A DNA stretch of 64,000 nt from a virus (IMGVR_UViG_3300027769_000026:1-64000), one strand, 5' to 3'; shown: positions 9,021-19,305, counted from the first letter of the stretch. Numbers and translations: made by a program. The notes: generated by a model not told the origin, from the sequence alone.

Positions 9021-11459
9021 TTATCTTCCTTTTGTTAATGGTTGCCAGGTGCGTATGTTACTGGTCTGCGAATACCAATTATTGCCTCGGAATCCCCATT
9101 GAGTGCTATATCCATAGCCGTTGGCTCCTTGGAAATAGATTTGACCATTATCGCCCAGTGCCAGCACATAGGGACCATACTCGTTGGAGCTCTGAGAGTC
9201 ACTGGTCATCCACAGTTGCAGGATTCTAGTTCCAGCAGGCAGTGCCACTCGGTGTGGTGTCTGTGTAGATCCATTTTCCAGTGTGCTAGGAGCGCCGGCT
9301 TGTTCGTTGCCTTTCCAGCTGTAGTTCTCATAGCCCTGTGCCCAGATCTCACCGCGATCTGTCAGCCATATAGCTCTTCCTGAGGTTGAATAATCCCAGC
9401 ATGACCAAACCTGACGCAGATTGGTTATGGTAGCTACCAGAGTTGGGGTACTCAAACTCACGTTGGATCCTGTTACGCCTGAATGATAGTAACCCGAAGC
9501 ATTGTAACCCGCAAAGTATGTGGCGCCGTTGGTGTGGCGCTGCCATACCATGGTATATCCGTTGGAATGACAGGCCCAGATATTGTTAATAAATCCTGCT
9601 GTGGGTGCAACTGTACTGCGTACCAAGGTATTGTGTTGCGTGGTATCCGCTGTGCCTGCTTGTCCATACCCATTGTATCCGGCATGCCACATGTAACCCG
9701 CACCATCCAACACAAACAAACTGGCATCGCCGCCGTTGCCTACTACTTGCCATTTTACAATACCACCGTTGGTGGCAGCATCCCAGGCAGAAATTTTAAC
9801 TGGTCTCCATCGATCAGTGGTATCACCCAGCCCCAGTTGACCCACGTTATTGGAACCCCATGACCAAATTTCGTTGGATTCGGTTCTTGCATAACTGGAG
9901 CCTGCTCCTGAGCCTGTAATGGCGATGTCAACTATGCGTTGATTATTGAACCACTCTTTGGGTATTCTCCAGGGAACATATCTGTTGTCGTTGTCACCTG
10001 TGCCCAGTTGGCCTTGGTTATTGTAACCCCAGGTCCATACATGGCCTTCTTCATCCAAGGCGGCACAGTGGCTAGTTGAGGTTGCAGTAGCACCAGATGA
10101 TCTGGCAACTTTTTTTATTCTAACATCTTCGAAGCCCTTGACCAACATAGGACCATTAGCGGTGCTGGTAGTGGAACCTTGACCAGTTTGTCCTTGGCCG
10201 CCGTAGCCCATGGCAAAAACTGTGCCGTTATCAAACAGTATCAAACGTCCATCATAGTTTCCGTCAATTTGTATACAGCGTGGCTCTTGTCCGCCAGGTG
10301 TGTGATGCAGTGGGTTTCTACCATAGGTATCGTTGAATAGACCTGTTCTCTTGTTTTGATAGTCTAGCCCATTGGTATTACCTGCTGTGGTAGGTGCATA
10401 TTCAGGGTCAAAGTCTCTACTGCGCTGCCATGTTTGATGATGAAATTTCATTTCATGGGCTTGATTAGTAGTATATGCTAAATTGTCAGCGGAACCTGAA
10501 TAGCTGGTACCAATACCCGAAGAGTACATGCGGCCGTTTCTGGCAATGTACTGAATGTTCTGATACCATACAGGATTGTTGTTTGAGTGATGTGGATAAG
10601 GCCAATCCATTGGGCCATGATTTGGCAACCAGGCGCCGTAACCAGGATCTGCATGGGTGCTGTTACCGCTGAATATTGACCATGGGTTTCTTGATCCTGG
10701 TACTGTGGTCAGCGCAACTACGTTTTGCATGACCATACCGGGTCGTTGAGCCAGCGTGTCTGCTTTGGCAATGTACACAGTACCACCCAGTTCTACCAAG
10801 TCATTGCGATAATACTGTATGGAATTGTTGTAAGTACCTTTCCAAGAAAGACCCTCACTGACCATTTGCCAGTAGTTGTAACCTTCCCAGCTGTTGGCAA
10901 TGGTAAAATATCCTGTGTCAGCAACACCACTTACTGTGTCTTGCTTGTAGTACAATGTGTTTGGTGCATCATACGGCACCGTGATCTGCACATAAGATCC
11001 TGTAATACCTGGTGTACCAACCACTGTTACACCACTACTGTATGTGGTGCCATCTGTGGCAGTTGCGAAACGAAAGTTCACGCCGCTCATGGATGAATGA
11101 TATGTCTGAAAACGATATGTTTGACCACGATACAGTGTGATTGCTGATCCTTGACCAGTCTGCGGAGGAGCACGTCGTCCATCAACAAAAAATTTACTGC
11201 CAATGGGCACTGAAACCAGGGTCTTTGTCAAGAAATAGGTGTCAAGTGGTGTTTTGTCAATCAGTGCTGGTCCGTATGCAGTTGTTCTATCTCGCATGCC
11301 TGGAGCACGACGATTACCTGTTACTGCGGTATAGGTCTGTGTGCAGATCCACACTGCGCTGTTGCTACTTACAATGTCGTTGGCCTCATAGGAGTTTGCG
11401 GCACTCCAAGTACCCCTGTAAGCTAGCTTGACTTTACCTAGATCTATTGTTGTTGGCAT
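9021..11459 (-). CDS. RCC1-repeat beta-propeller protein 2 with a cupredoxin-like insertion
   Basis: GHVWTWGYNNQGQLGTG, EIWSWGSNNVGQLGLG, GYMWHAGYNGYGQAG repeats; N-terminus IDLGKVKLAYRGTW; TAAATA upstream. Confidence 0.85.
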   Translation of the reverse strand: MPTTIDLGKVKLAYRGTWSAANSYEANDIVSSNSAVWICTQTYTAVTGNRRAPGMRDRTTAYGPALIDKTPLDTYFLTKTLVSVPIGSKFFVDGRRAPPQTGQGSAITLYRGQTYRFQTYHSSMSGVNFRFATATDGTTYSSGVTVVGTPGITGSYVQITVPYDAPNTLYYKQDTVSGVADTGYFTIANSWEGYNYWQMVSEGLSWKGTYNNSIQYYRNDLVELGGTVYIAKADTLAQRPGMVMQNVVALTTVPGSRNPWSIFSGNSTHADPGYGAWLPNHGPMDWPYPHHSNNNPVWYQNIQYIARNGRMYSSGIGTSYSGSADNLAYTTNQAHEMKFHHQTWQRSRDFDPEYAPTTAGNTNGLDYQNKRTGLFNDTYGRNPLHHTPGGQEPRCIQIDGNYDGRLILFDNGTVFAMGYGGQGQTGQGSTTSTANGPMLVKGFEDVRIKKVARSSGATATSTSHCAALDEEGHVWTWGYNNQGQLGTGDNDNRYVPWRIPKEWFNNQRIVDIAITGSGAGSSYARTESNEIWSWGSNNVGQLGLGDTTDRWRPVKISAWDAATNGGIVKWQVVGNGGDASLFVLDGAGYMWHAGYNGYGQAGTADTTQHNTLVRSTVAPTAGFINNIWACHSNGYTMVWQRHTNGATYFAGYNASGYYHSGVTGSNVSLSTPTLVATITNLRQVWSCWDYSTSGRAIWLTDRGEIWAQGYENYSWKGNEQAGAPSTLENGSTQTPHRVALPAGTRILQLWMTSDSQSSNEYGPYVLALGDNGQIYFQGANGYGYSTQWGFRGNNWYSQTSNIRTWQPLTKGR

Positions 11460-11479
11460 GTTTAATCTTCCTGATCTTC

Positions 11480-11485
11480 TATTTA
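11480..11485 (-). promoter_or_regulatory. late promoter TAAATA
   Basis: GACTAAATA upstream of RCC1 protein 2. Confidence 0.65.
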
Positions 11486-11510
11486 GTCCGTATCTTTATG
11501 GATACTAGCC

Positions 11511-13676
11511 TTACTCTTGCATTACTGCGCGGAACACGCTGAGGTTGTGGTTAGCATCGGATTGTCCCCAGGAATAACTAACTTGTCCCAATGATGCACA
11601 GCCCGAACTGCCTCCATCACCTACTACCCACAAACGTCCAGTTGATGTCATTATCCAGAACATTGCATAGTTGTTGGCAGCATTGTTTTTGGTACCTGAA
11701 CTTATGATACCAGTTACTTTGCCCAGCATGCTGGATGGCACACGAGCTGGCAACCAAAATGCCTGGCTTCCTTCGTGCTCGTATCCGTTGCCGTCTGATG
11801 CCACACTCTGATTCCAGGTTGGCTGCTGTCCTAGGCTCAGCTGTCCTGAGCCCGAATAACCCACCCCATATATCCAACCGGTGTCGGTGTATACCATGGC
11901 ACTTTGATAGGTACCGCAAGAAATATGTGCAAGGCCCTTGACGTTGAGCAAGTCAATGGTTTGGCCACGTTCTCTACGACGAGCTTTGATTGCTATTGAA
12001 CTGTTGGTTGATGTACCGTCGCCCAGCAAGTACTGTCCGTTGTATCCAGCTACCCAGGTGGTACCATCCACATTGTCTCGCACCATCATGCAACCGTTGT
12101 TGGGATCTCCATATAGCCATACATCTCGGGCACCTGCGCCTGCTGAAGAGCCAGGGCCGCTGGTGCACTGAGTCCAGGTATTGGTCTGTGACACGCTGGC
12201 AATCATGAACTGTCCAGTTGGCTGTGATCCTGCAACATACACTCGACCTTTGCTGGTCAAGATTGCTGTGCTGCCTTGTCCTGTCACGTTGACCCCGCGC
12301 ATGCTCACAATCTTTCTAATAAAGCCTGCGCCACCTGCTGTTTCGTCCCAGGTGATGCCTGTGATTGCCACCGGAGTTGTAATACCAGTAGACGTTGAAC
12401 CTGTGCCCAGTTGTCCTGTATGATTTGCTCCCCAAACATATAACACATTGAGGTCATTCACTGCAAAGTTCCAGGCATAGTCGCCGCCGAATGCCCAGAT
12501 ACCAGTAACTGGACGACTGTTAAAGAGTGTCTGAGTAATTTTTGTTGGAACTTGTACGTTGGTTGTGGTGCCGTTGCCACACTGGCCATATGCGTTGTAT
12601 CCCCAAGCCCATACGCCGCCGCCGTCATCCAAGGCCAAAGTATGATGAGAGTTTGTGTTATAACCATGACCGCATGCGGCGCTGATACGAACAATGCGTG
12701 TGTCGCGCAAGGTATGTGTGGTTGTAGAAGATGCCACTGCTACTTCAGTATAAGTGCCGCCGCAACGAACTGGCATGTTACGCTGTGATGTTGATCTGTC
12801 ACCGTTGTTGTATTGTGCGCCATATCCCCAAGAATACACTTCGCCATTGTTGAACAAGGCCTTGGCCCAGCCGTAACCTTGCTCTAGTTGTATGCAACGC
12901 GGAGGTTGATTGTCTGGTGTGTAGTGAACGCCCGATCCGCCGTTTGATGTTGATCGGAACCAGTCATGGAAGAAGAAGTTGATTGATGTGCTTGCTGGAC
13001 CAACATCAGTATTATGCCCCATGCCAGAAGAACCGTTGGTAGAATTCCCAATGAATTGAACTTGACCATCCGCAGTGATCCAATTCATGCTGTTGTAGGC
13101 ATCTGTACAATGCTTGCCCACGCCCAGCGCATAGTGTCTGCTCACTGTGGGATCTGTACTCTCGCCCACAATACCTTTGTTGGAGAACATGATGGCCTTG
13201 CGTGGGTCTTGCCCCCAGACACCATAGTTGTCAAGGCTGACGCCGGTGCTTACTGTGATTGAATTTGGTCGATTATTCTGAATGCTGATCGGTTGCCAGT
13301 ATGTGGTGCTCAGTGGCAAGTATGTGTTGGTTCCATCGCAGGTATGATCAGCAATACACACATATACTTCTGTTTCTGATCTGCGATACGCTGTAAATGT
13401 AGCGTTGGTAATTGTGCTGGTATATTTCACAGTGTCATACAGTTTGTATGTAGTTCCTGTGGTGTTTACGTGTGTGCCGCGCCAGTTGAAACTTTGACTC
13501 CACACACCCCAAAAGGTTGTATTAGTAGGCAAAGTTGCCGCTGGCACGTTTTGTGACGCACGGAACCATGTTCCATTGTAAAACACAATGTCATCGGCAG
13601 TATAAGTCAAACCGCTGTTCCAGGTTCCCTTAACGTCAAATCTAGTTTTTCCAAGTGCTGTGGTACTGGTAGCCAT
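11511..13676 (-). CDS. RCC1-repeat beta-propeller protein 1
   Basis: GGVWAWGYNAYGQCGNG, LYVWGANHTGQLGTG, TWVAGYNGQYLLGDG, WIYGVGYSGSGQLSLG repeats; N-terminus ALGKTRFDVKGTW. Confidence 0.85.
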   Translation of the reverse strand: MATSTTALGKTRFDVKGTWNSGLTYTADDIVFYNGTWFRASQNVPAATLPTNTTFWGVWSQSFNWRGTHVNTTGTTYKLYDTVKYTSTITNATFTAYRRSETEVYVCIADHTCDGTNTYLPLSTTYWQPISIQNNRPNSITVSTGVSLDNYGVWGQDPRKAIMFSNKGIVGESTDPTVSRHYALGVGKHCTDAYNSMNWITADGQVQFIGNSTNGSSGMGHNTDVGPASTSINFFFHDWFRSTSNGGSGVHYTPDNQPPRCIQLEQGYGWAKALFNNGEVYSWGYGAQYNNGDRSTSQRNMPVRCGGTYTEVAVASSTTTHTLRDTRIVRISAACGHGYNTNSHHTLALDDGGGVWAWGYNAYGQCGNGTTTNVQVPTKITQTLFNSRPVTGIWAFGGDYAWNFAVNDLNVLYVWGANHTGQLGTGSTSTGITTPVAITGITWDETAGGAGFIRKIVSMRGVNVTGQGSTAILTSKGRVYVAGSQPTGQFMIASVSQTNTWTQCTSGPGSSAGAGARDVWLYGDPNNGCMMVRDNVDGTTWVAGYNGQYLLGDGTSTNSSIAIKARRRERGQTIDLLNVKGLAHISCGTYQSAMVYTDTGWIYGVGYSGSGQLSLGQQPTWNQSVASDGNGYEHEGSQAFWLPARVPSSMLGKVTGIISSGTKNNAANNYAMFWIMTSTGRLWVVGDGGSSGCASLGQVSYSWGQSDANHNLSVFRAVMQE

Positions 13677-13686
13677 TTAATATTCC

Positions 13687-16600
13687 TTACAAGTTGATGA
13701 TCATATGTCCGCTGCTATTTACCGTGATGCTAGCGTCGTAGTTGCTAACAAACACAGTGTCGCCGCCGGCTTGGTTCACTGTCAGGACGTCTGTTCCTGT
13801 GTTACCGCTTGCTGATGAATATACCATTTCACCTGTAGTAGTTGACCAATTCACTGCATGTCCCTGTGGACGAGCAATGGCATCAACATAGGTTTTGTTG
13901 GTCAAATGCACACCTGTTGTTGGAGCCAATGCAGTTTTTGGACGACTTGTAAATGATACTTCATTAGTGCCGTCGGCAGCAAGAATCAAGTCTTTTGAAC
14001 GCAGACTTGTTATTGTTTGTCCGGTCAAGAACATGTCGCCCAGCTCAATACTGGTTGCAACCAGTGCTGATCCGCCACCGCCCACAAGGTTGGTAACAAA
14101 GCTCTTGATAGCACGTTGAGTTGGCAAAATACTGTCAGAGTTGGCAACAAAAGTTGGATCTGTGGAGAACTCATTGATCACAGCACCTGTTCCGCCCAAT
14201 GCAACTGAACCCAATTGCAATGATGTCAAACCGCTCAAGTTAAATGCGTCAGCATTCAATGTGGCAATACCAGTGGCCTGTTCTACTCGGAATAGTTCAC
14301 CAACACGGAAGTTACCATCCTGGTCGGTTGATGTATAGAATACTCGGCCGCCACCATATTCAACCACTTCGTTGGCCTGTATTAGTTCAAGCTCAGTTTC
14401 GCCTGGGTAGTTGGATTGTGCCAAATTACCAAAGCCAATATTCAAGAAGTCATGGCCGGTCAATCGAACGTTGGAGTATCTTTCATATATGTCGATCACT
14501 GCCGCATGAGCCGGAGGTGTAGTTGATGCAATATACGGACTAACTTGCAGTCTTGCATTGTAAACTGATCCATCCAGCGTCAGATTGGTTACTGCAACAA
14601 TACGATAGTATGTTGGGTCTCCGGTAATTACCAAATTTGAACCTGCTTTGGGTGCTGCCACTAAATTGCTTACATTTAGATAGCCGCCCACTTGTTCAAT
14701 ATTAGCAAAACCGTCACCAGATACAACTGCACTAGCAGAAGTATAACCTGAACCCCTTGACAAGAATGTTGGAGGAGCAATAGCGCCAGATGTGGTCAGT
14801 GTTGTTGTAAATGTAGCTGCCACAGTGGCATTGGGATCTGTGATTGTCAATGCTGGAGAAGATGCGTACCCTGCACCGCAATTGATAATTCTAATTCCAG
14901 TAATTGAACCTGCTTCTACAACCACACGCAATACTGCAGGTGTTGAAGGTGTGCCACCAGATACCTGAACACGAGGTTCAATGGTGTATCGTGTGGTTGA
15001 GTCTAGTGTGGCTGCAATGCTGGCACCTTGTATAGAAGTAAATCCAGGATTGCCTAGGTCGTCTACAATATCAGCTTCTTTGGTTCCGCCATTGTATGAA
15101 CTTATGACGCCAGTTTGACCTGCACCAGTACCATCAATCAACACAATTCTCATGCCATTGTAACCGCTGGTTACCATGGAGTCGCTGGTTGCTAATCTGA
15201 TCGTTGTGCTGGTTCCACTCTGTGCGTTGTTGGTCACTGACTGATAACCTGAGCCGCCTGCTGTGACTTTAACGTGTGCTACTGCATTGTTTGCAAAATT
15301 CATTGTGGCACTGGCACCTGCGCCGTTACCGCTAAAGCCAATAGATGCTGATGTGTAATTTTGACCAGTGTATGAATACTCCACACGAAGAATCTGTCCG
15401 CCACCGACCAATACGTTGTCAACTTGAGCTTCGTTTGAATAGTTGTTTACTGTGGCATGTTGAGCTGTTTCAGTTGGATCAACACCTTCAGACACAGAAC
15501 CATATGTTCCATAAGAGTTGTTACCGTTGGTAGCACGAATTGTACCGCCTAGTTCAGTTAGATAACCCATGTAAGCATAATAGGTAAACACAGAAACCAA
15601 TTCCATGCGTCCTAGATTCAGTGCCCATGCGCCAATGCCGTCTGATATAACTTGTGTAAAATCGTTGGCCACAATTGACTTGTTGCCGCCACCATGCAAG
15701 CTGCCATCAACTTTGACACCAGTACATCCGTAACCAAATGTAGACACGTTTTGTACATACGGACTCTTGTTGCGAATCCAAACGGACGCATCTTCGGTTC
15801 CGGTGCCCGGATCTAGAGACACAAATGCTCCACCTGTGGTTCTGCGTGTGCCCGATGCTCCTGGTGCGCTTAACCCGCCGTTGAGTCCACGCAAAGTCAT
15901 GTTACGCAGGCCTGTTCCATTTCTCATATAGAACATGTTTGCAGTAGCATACCCTGCGGTTGGTTCAATGATAGTTCCACGCAGTTCGTCGCCTACTAAA
16001 GCAGTGTTTTCAGGAATGCTGATTGGAAGAATTTCAGCAAAAGTACCAGTCTTGATGAAGATTGTGTTAGTAGAACCAGTGGTTCTAACTGGTACACTGG
16101 ATGTAGATCCTGCTGTGAGTGCTGTTGTGATAATTGAAAACAAATTTGTAATAGTAGAAGAAGTATTTGCTTCTGCTGTATATGACAAATTGATAGTCTG
16201 ACTGATCGCTGGTGTATAACTGGTCAGTGTTTGATAATTGTTTGCTGGCGCAGTATTACCCACTGCATTCAACATCAAATCTCTCAGTTTACCCAGTGCG
16301 GCAATGATATAAGGCATTGCGGCCGCTGTGGCTGCATTGTAAAATGTTGATGAGTTTTCAAAGTAGGCCAGTGTTGCCGATACAGTTTGAGCATTTGATC
16401 CGTGTGTCAAATCGTACTGCACTGCTTCCACAATGTACTGTGCATCACGCAGTGTTGATGCTTGGTCAAACACAGAGCTTGGAGAGAATGGTGCTGCCGA
16501 GATGCTCTTCTGATATATCATCCACTGATACATTTCTCTGACCATCCAGCTTTGATTTAGATCAATCAGTGTGCTGGCGTTAGAGAAGCTGGTACCAAGT

Positions 16601-17817
16601 GCCACACGTTCGCATGCGTACTTGACTGTTCTCCATGGCTTGTCCACCGACTGACCATATGTTGGATCATCTGTACCTGTTGTGGAAACATAGTAAACAT
16701 TAGGAACAATGCCATAATATTCCCAGCTAGCGTCTGTGCCATCACTGCGCAACATTGTACCGTTGGCACCAATGCCCAATCGAACGTTGGCCGCTGCGCC
16801 GCGTGTGAGCAAATCACCACGTGTGGTCAATACATAATTGGAGTCTCCTTCGGCAAGCACGTTCCAGTACACATTGGTAATATCAACGTCTGGACGATTA
16901 GTGCCTGCATTGGCAGTGTGTTCCTGAATAGCAATATATGTGCTGGAACCATAACTTACCACATCATTTACTCGATAGAGGGTGGCAGTGACCCAGGTTG
17001 AACGGAAATTAAATCCTTCAACCAATAATTTCCAATTGCCTGTATCCAAACAACTAATGCCAGTGGAGTCTAGAATTGCTTCATATGTGTTTCCGCCGTA
17101 GCGTACCACATCACCTGTTTTGTATGCAGTAGCACCGGAGTATTCGCCTCTGTTGTTGTAACCTGTTGTTACAACATCCCAGTATGCGCTAGTTGGTGCT
17201 GGAGTTTGATTAGAGTGATCCTGTGTGGACACATAAACATATCCGCCATAGGTAACAATATCACCTGTCTGGTATGTAGTTACAGAGCTCCAACTGTTTT
17301 CAAATTCTAAACCGCTGACAAACAGCGTGAAGTATGCTTGGTTAAGCACAGCAGATGAAGTTGTATGTGCGCTTGTACACACATATACGTTGGCTCCCCA
17401 ACGAACCAGATCATTTACTTTGTAAACGGTAGGCGCATGCGAGTAAGTACCTTTCCAGTCAAATCCTCGTGTGTATACTGTCCATTTTGCCTGATCTGAT
17501 TCAAGCAGTGACTGGGACACATGATTGGTATTACAAATGTAAATTATTCCACCATAGGTCACGATGTCGTTTTCGTTGTAGTCTTCTGTTGCAGTCCAGG
17601 CACCGCGAAAATCAGTGCCATCTACCATGAGCTCCCAGCGACCAAGGCCTTCGTCGTCATAGAATCCCTGACCTAAATCAGAGTCTGAAGTGTGTCCTGC
17701 TGTGCAAACGTATACTCGTCCGCCATATTTGACTACATCGTCCTTGACGTAAGGGTGACTATTTGTCCAGTCACCGCGCCAAACGAACTTCAATCTACCT
17801 AGCTTAAATTCTGCCAT
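13687..17817 (-). CDS. large fibre/spike protein (1376 aa): six N-terminal CBM5/12-like aromatic repeats plus a pectin-lyase-like beta-helix region
   Basis: Six WxGxW..Y..xDxVxYGG..Y repeats; GDLLTRG..RLGIG linker; GTFAEILPISIPENTALVGDELRGTIIEP...MFYMRNGTGLRNMTLRG beta-helix signature; late promoter upstream. Confidence 0.75.
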   Translation of the reverse strand: MAEFKLGRLKFVWRGDWTNSHPYVKDDVVKYGGRVYVCTAGHTSDSDLGQGFYDDEGLGRWELMVDGTDFRGAWTATEDYNENDIVTYGGIIYICNTNHVSQSLLESDQAKWTVYTRGFDWKGTYSHAPTVYKVNDLVRWGANVYVCTSAHTTSSAVLNQAYFTLFVSGLEFENSWSSVTTYQTGDIVTYGGYVYVSTQDHSNQTPAPTSAYWDVVTTGYNNRGEYSGATAYKTGDVVRYGGNTYEAILDSTGISCLDTGNWKLLVEGFNFRSTWVTATLYRVNDVVSYGSSTYIAIQEHTANAGTNRPDVDITNVYWNVLAEGDSNYVLTTRGDLLTRGAAANVRLGIGANGTMLRSDGTDASWEYYGIVPNVYYVSTTGTDDPTYGQSVDKPWRTVKYACERVALGTSFSNASTLIDLNQSWMVREMYQWMIYQKSISAAPFSPSSVFDQASTLRDAQYIVEAVQYDLTHGSNAQTVSATLAYFENSSTFYNAATAAAMPYIIAALGKLRDLMLNAVGNTAPANNYQTLTSYTPAISQTINLSYTAEANTSSTITNLFSIITTALTAGSTSSVPVRTTGSTNTIFIKTGTFAEILPISIPENTALVGDELRGTIIEPTAGYATANMFYMRNGTGLRNMTLRGLNGGLSAPGASGTRRTTGGAFVSLDPGTGTEDASVWIRNKSPYVQNVSTFGYGCTGVKVDGSLHGGGNKSIVANDFTQVISDGIGAWALNLGRMELVSVFTYYAYMGYLTELGGTIRATNGNNSYGTYGSVSEGVDPTETAQHATVNNYSNEAQVDNVLVGGGQILRVEYSYTGQNYTSASIGFSGNGAGASATMNFANNAVAHVKVTAGGSGYQSVTNNAQSGTSTTIRLATSDSMVTSGYNGMRIVLIDGTGAGQTGVISSYNGGTKEADIVDDLGNPGFTSIQGASIAATLDSTTRYTIEPRVQVSGGTPSTPAVLRVVVEAGSITGIRIINCGAGYASSPALTITDPNATVAATFTTTLTTSGAIAPPTFLSRGSGYTSASAVVSGDGFANIEQVGGYLNVSNLVAAPKAGSNLVITGDPTYYRIVAVTNLTLDGSVYNARLQVSPYIASTTPPAHAAVIDIYERYSNVRLTGHDFLNIGFGNLAQSNYPGETELELIQANEVVEYGGGRVFYTSTDQDGNFRVGELFRVEQATGIATLNADAFNLSGLTSLQLGSVALGGTGAVINEFSTDPTFVANSDSILPTQRAIKSFVTNLVGGGGSALVATSIELGDMFLTGQTITSLRSKDLILAADGTNEVSFTSRPKTALAPTTGVHLTNKTYVDAIARPQGHAVNWSTTTGEMVYSSASGNTGTDVLTVNQAGGDTVFVSNYDASITVNSSGHMIINL

Positions 17818-17838
17818 ATGCTTGTCCTCGCCTTGAGT

Positions 17839-17844
17839 TATTTA
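17839..17844 (-). promoter_or_regulatory. late promoter TAAATA
   Basis: GATAAATA upstream of the 1376-aa gene. Confidence 0.7.
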
Positions 17845-18195
17845 TCAGACATCTTCTGGATAAGAACGGTTACCGTATTTTAACACCAGTTCGCCGTCTT
17901 CGTTTAGATAGTACGCCAACATTCTTTCATCCCAACGATATTGTTCGTAGTTGATATTGGCGTATGTAAGCTCGTGGTCCAGACCACGCCCTTCAAAAAA
18001 ATCTATTCCTGCTTCAAAACCTTCCCAGTTATCGGTTGCTTCACCTGGGTTGTTTATAGTCAAAGTATCAGATCCACTGCGACTGTCAAATCTAGCTAGA
18101 TACAGTGTTCCAGTTTCGTCACGCCTGAGCCCATAGAAAAAGCGATTGAGTCTTATGGCTTCACTATCTGGGCTTTGTCCAATATATTTGCTCAT
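17845..18195 (-). CDS. hypothetical virion-cluster protein (116 aa)
   Basis: Packed ORF with aromatic-rich sequence. Confidence 0.65.
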   Translation of the reverse strand: MSKYIGQSPDSEAIRLNRFFYGLRRDETGTLYLARFDSRSGSDTLTINNPGEATDNWEGFEAGIDFFEGRGLDHELTYANINYEQYRWDERMLAYYLNEDGELVLKYGNRSYPEDV

Positions 18196-18533
18196 TATGG
18201 TGTAATCTCACTATAACTAACCAGCACGTCGGCGCTGTCATCTGTATCTGCTACCACGATCAAACTCTGCTGATAGTACATGTTAAACTTCTGATCTCCG
18301 CCGCATGCTACCAACGAGCATCCGGGCAAAATTTCAATGTCCTTGAACAGCCAAACGGCCACACTTGAATCATCATCTAGTACTTTTGCACTCACATGTA
18401 TTGCATCTTCTGTAACATTGGCAATGTTGAAACCTAGTATTACTGCATATTTAGTCACAGTTGTGGACAGCAAAACCGTTTCGGTTGTACCGCAGCCTGG
18501 ACTAATCACGTTTCTAAGGTCTGTACTTGCCAT
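18195..18533 (-). CDS. small beta-sandwich virion protein (112 aa)
   Basis: Similar in size and pattern to 24641..24967 (NIANVT...VSAKV...LFKDIEILPGCSL). Confidence 0.65.
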   Translation of the reverse strand: MASTDLRNVISPGCGTTETVLLSTTVTKYAVILGFNIANVTEDAIHVSAKVLDDDSSVAVWLFKDIEILPGCSLVACGGDQKFNMYYQQSLIVVADTDDSADVLVSYSEITP

Positions 18534-18539
18534 GTCGTT

Positions 18540-19292
18540 TTATCCGTAAATCATTGCCGCGCTCAGTATCTCCAACGGATCAGCTGATCCACCGCCGCCA
18601 CCGCCAGATGAAGAAAGCACTATAGTATTCTGTGCTGGAATAGTGTTAATACTCATTCCAGATCCTGCTACAATTTTGAAACTTGATCCGGCTGTGTCTG
18701 CTACAACTGGATCTTTTCCGGGTACTTCGATGTAGCCAAAAAATGGGTTTACGTTGATTGCGCCAGAAACCACATCATAATAAATTCCATCGCCGGATTG
18801 CAATGCTGATCGGGCTCTTGCGTCTGTGTAAAATAAATTTGTTGTTCCTTCAACTATCTCGTCTGAGCTAGGAAAAATCATGGACAAGTTTACACGATTG
18901 TTTGCATCATCGTACACTGCTGTGATATGATCGTGAACACCAGTTGTCAAGAGCGAAGCAGCGGCATCTTGTACTTGATCTATTGAAATTCCAGTATAGC
19001 TCAATATTCCAGTTAGTGCATCATACGATAAATCACCTGTTACAACCAGTGCTGTCCTGGCGGTGGTAACAATGGCCGCAGAGCTCAGACCTAAAATACC
19101 TGTAGCTGAATCGTAAGAAAGTAGACCGCCTGTTACTCCTAAGGCAGTCCTGGCGCGACCTTCGGTGAAGTAGCGATGTAACGCACCTTCTTCGATGTCG
19201 TCTGTGGTTAATGCGTCTATTTGATCCAGGACATATTGCTGATCAGCAATATCAACATCCAGCATCCGACGCGGAACACGTGTCAAGCTCAT
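18540..19292 (-). CDS. fibre-like virion protein (250 aa) with TDxxxEG..xYFT.xRAR repeats
   Basis: TTDDIEEGALHRYFTEGRAR and SSDEIVEGTTNLFYTDARAR; TAAATA lies 7 nt upstream of the ATG. Confidence 0.7.
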   Translation of the reverse strand: MSLTRVPRRMLDVDIADQQYVLDQIDALTTDDIEEGALHRYFTEGRARTALGVTGGLLSYDSATGILGLSSAAIVTTARTALVVTGDLSYDALTGILSYTGISIDQVQDAAASLLTTGVHDHITAVYDDANNRVNLSMIFPSSDEIVEGTTNLFYTDARARSALQSGDGIYYDVVSGAINVNPFFGYIEVPGKDPVVADTAGSSFKIVAGSGMSINTIPAQNTIVLSSSGGGGGGSADPLEILSAAMIYG

Positions 19293-19299
19293 GATAAGT

Positions 19300-19305
19300 T
19301 ATTTA
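19300..19305 (-). promoter_or_regulatory. late promoter TAAATA (leaderless spacing)
   Basis: GATAAATA acttatc ATG. Confidence 0.7.
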
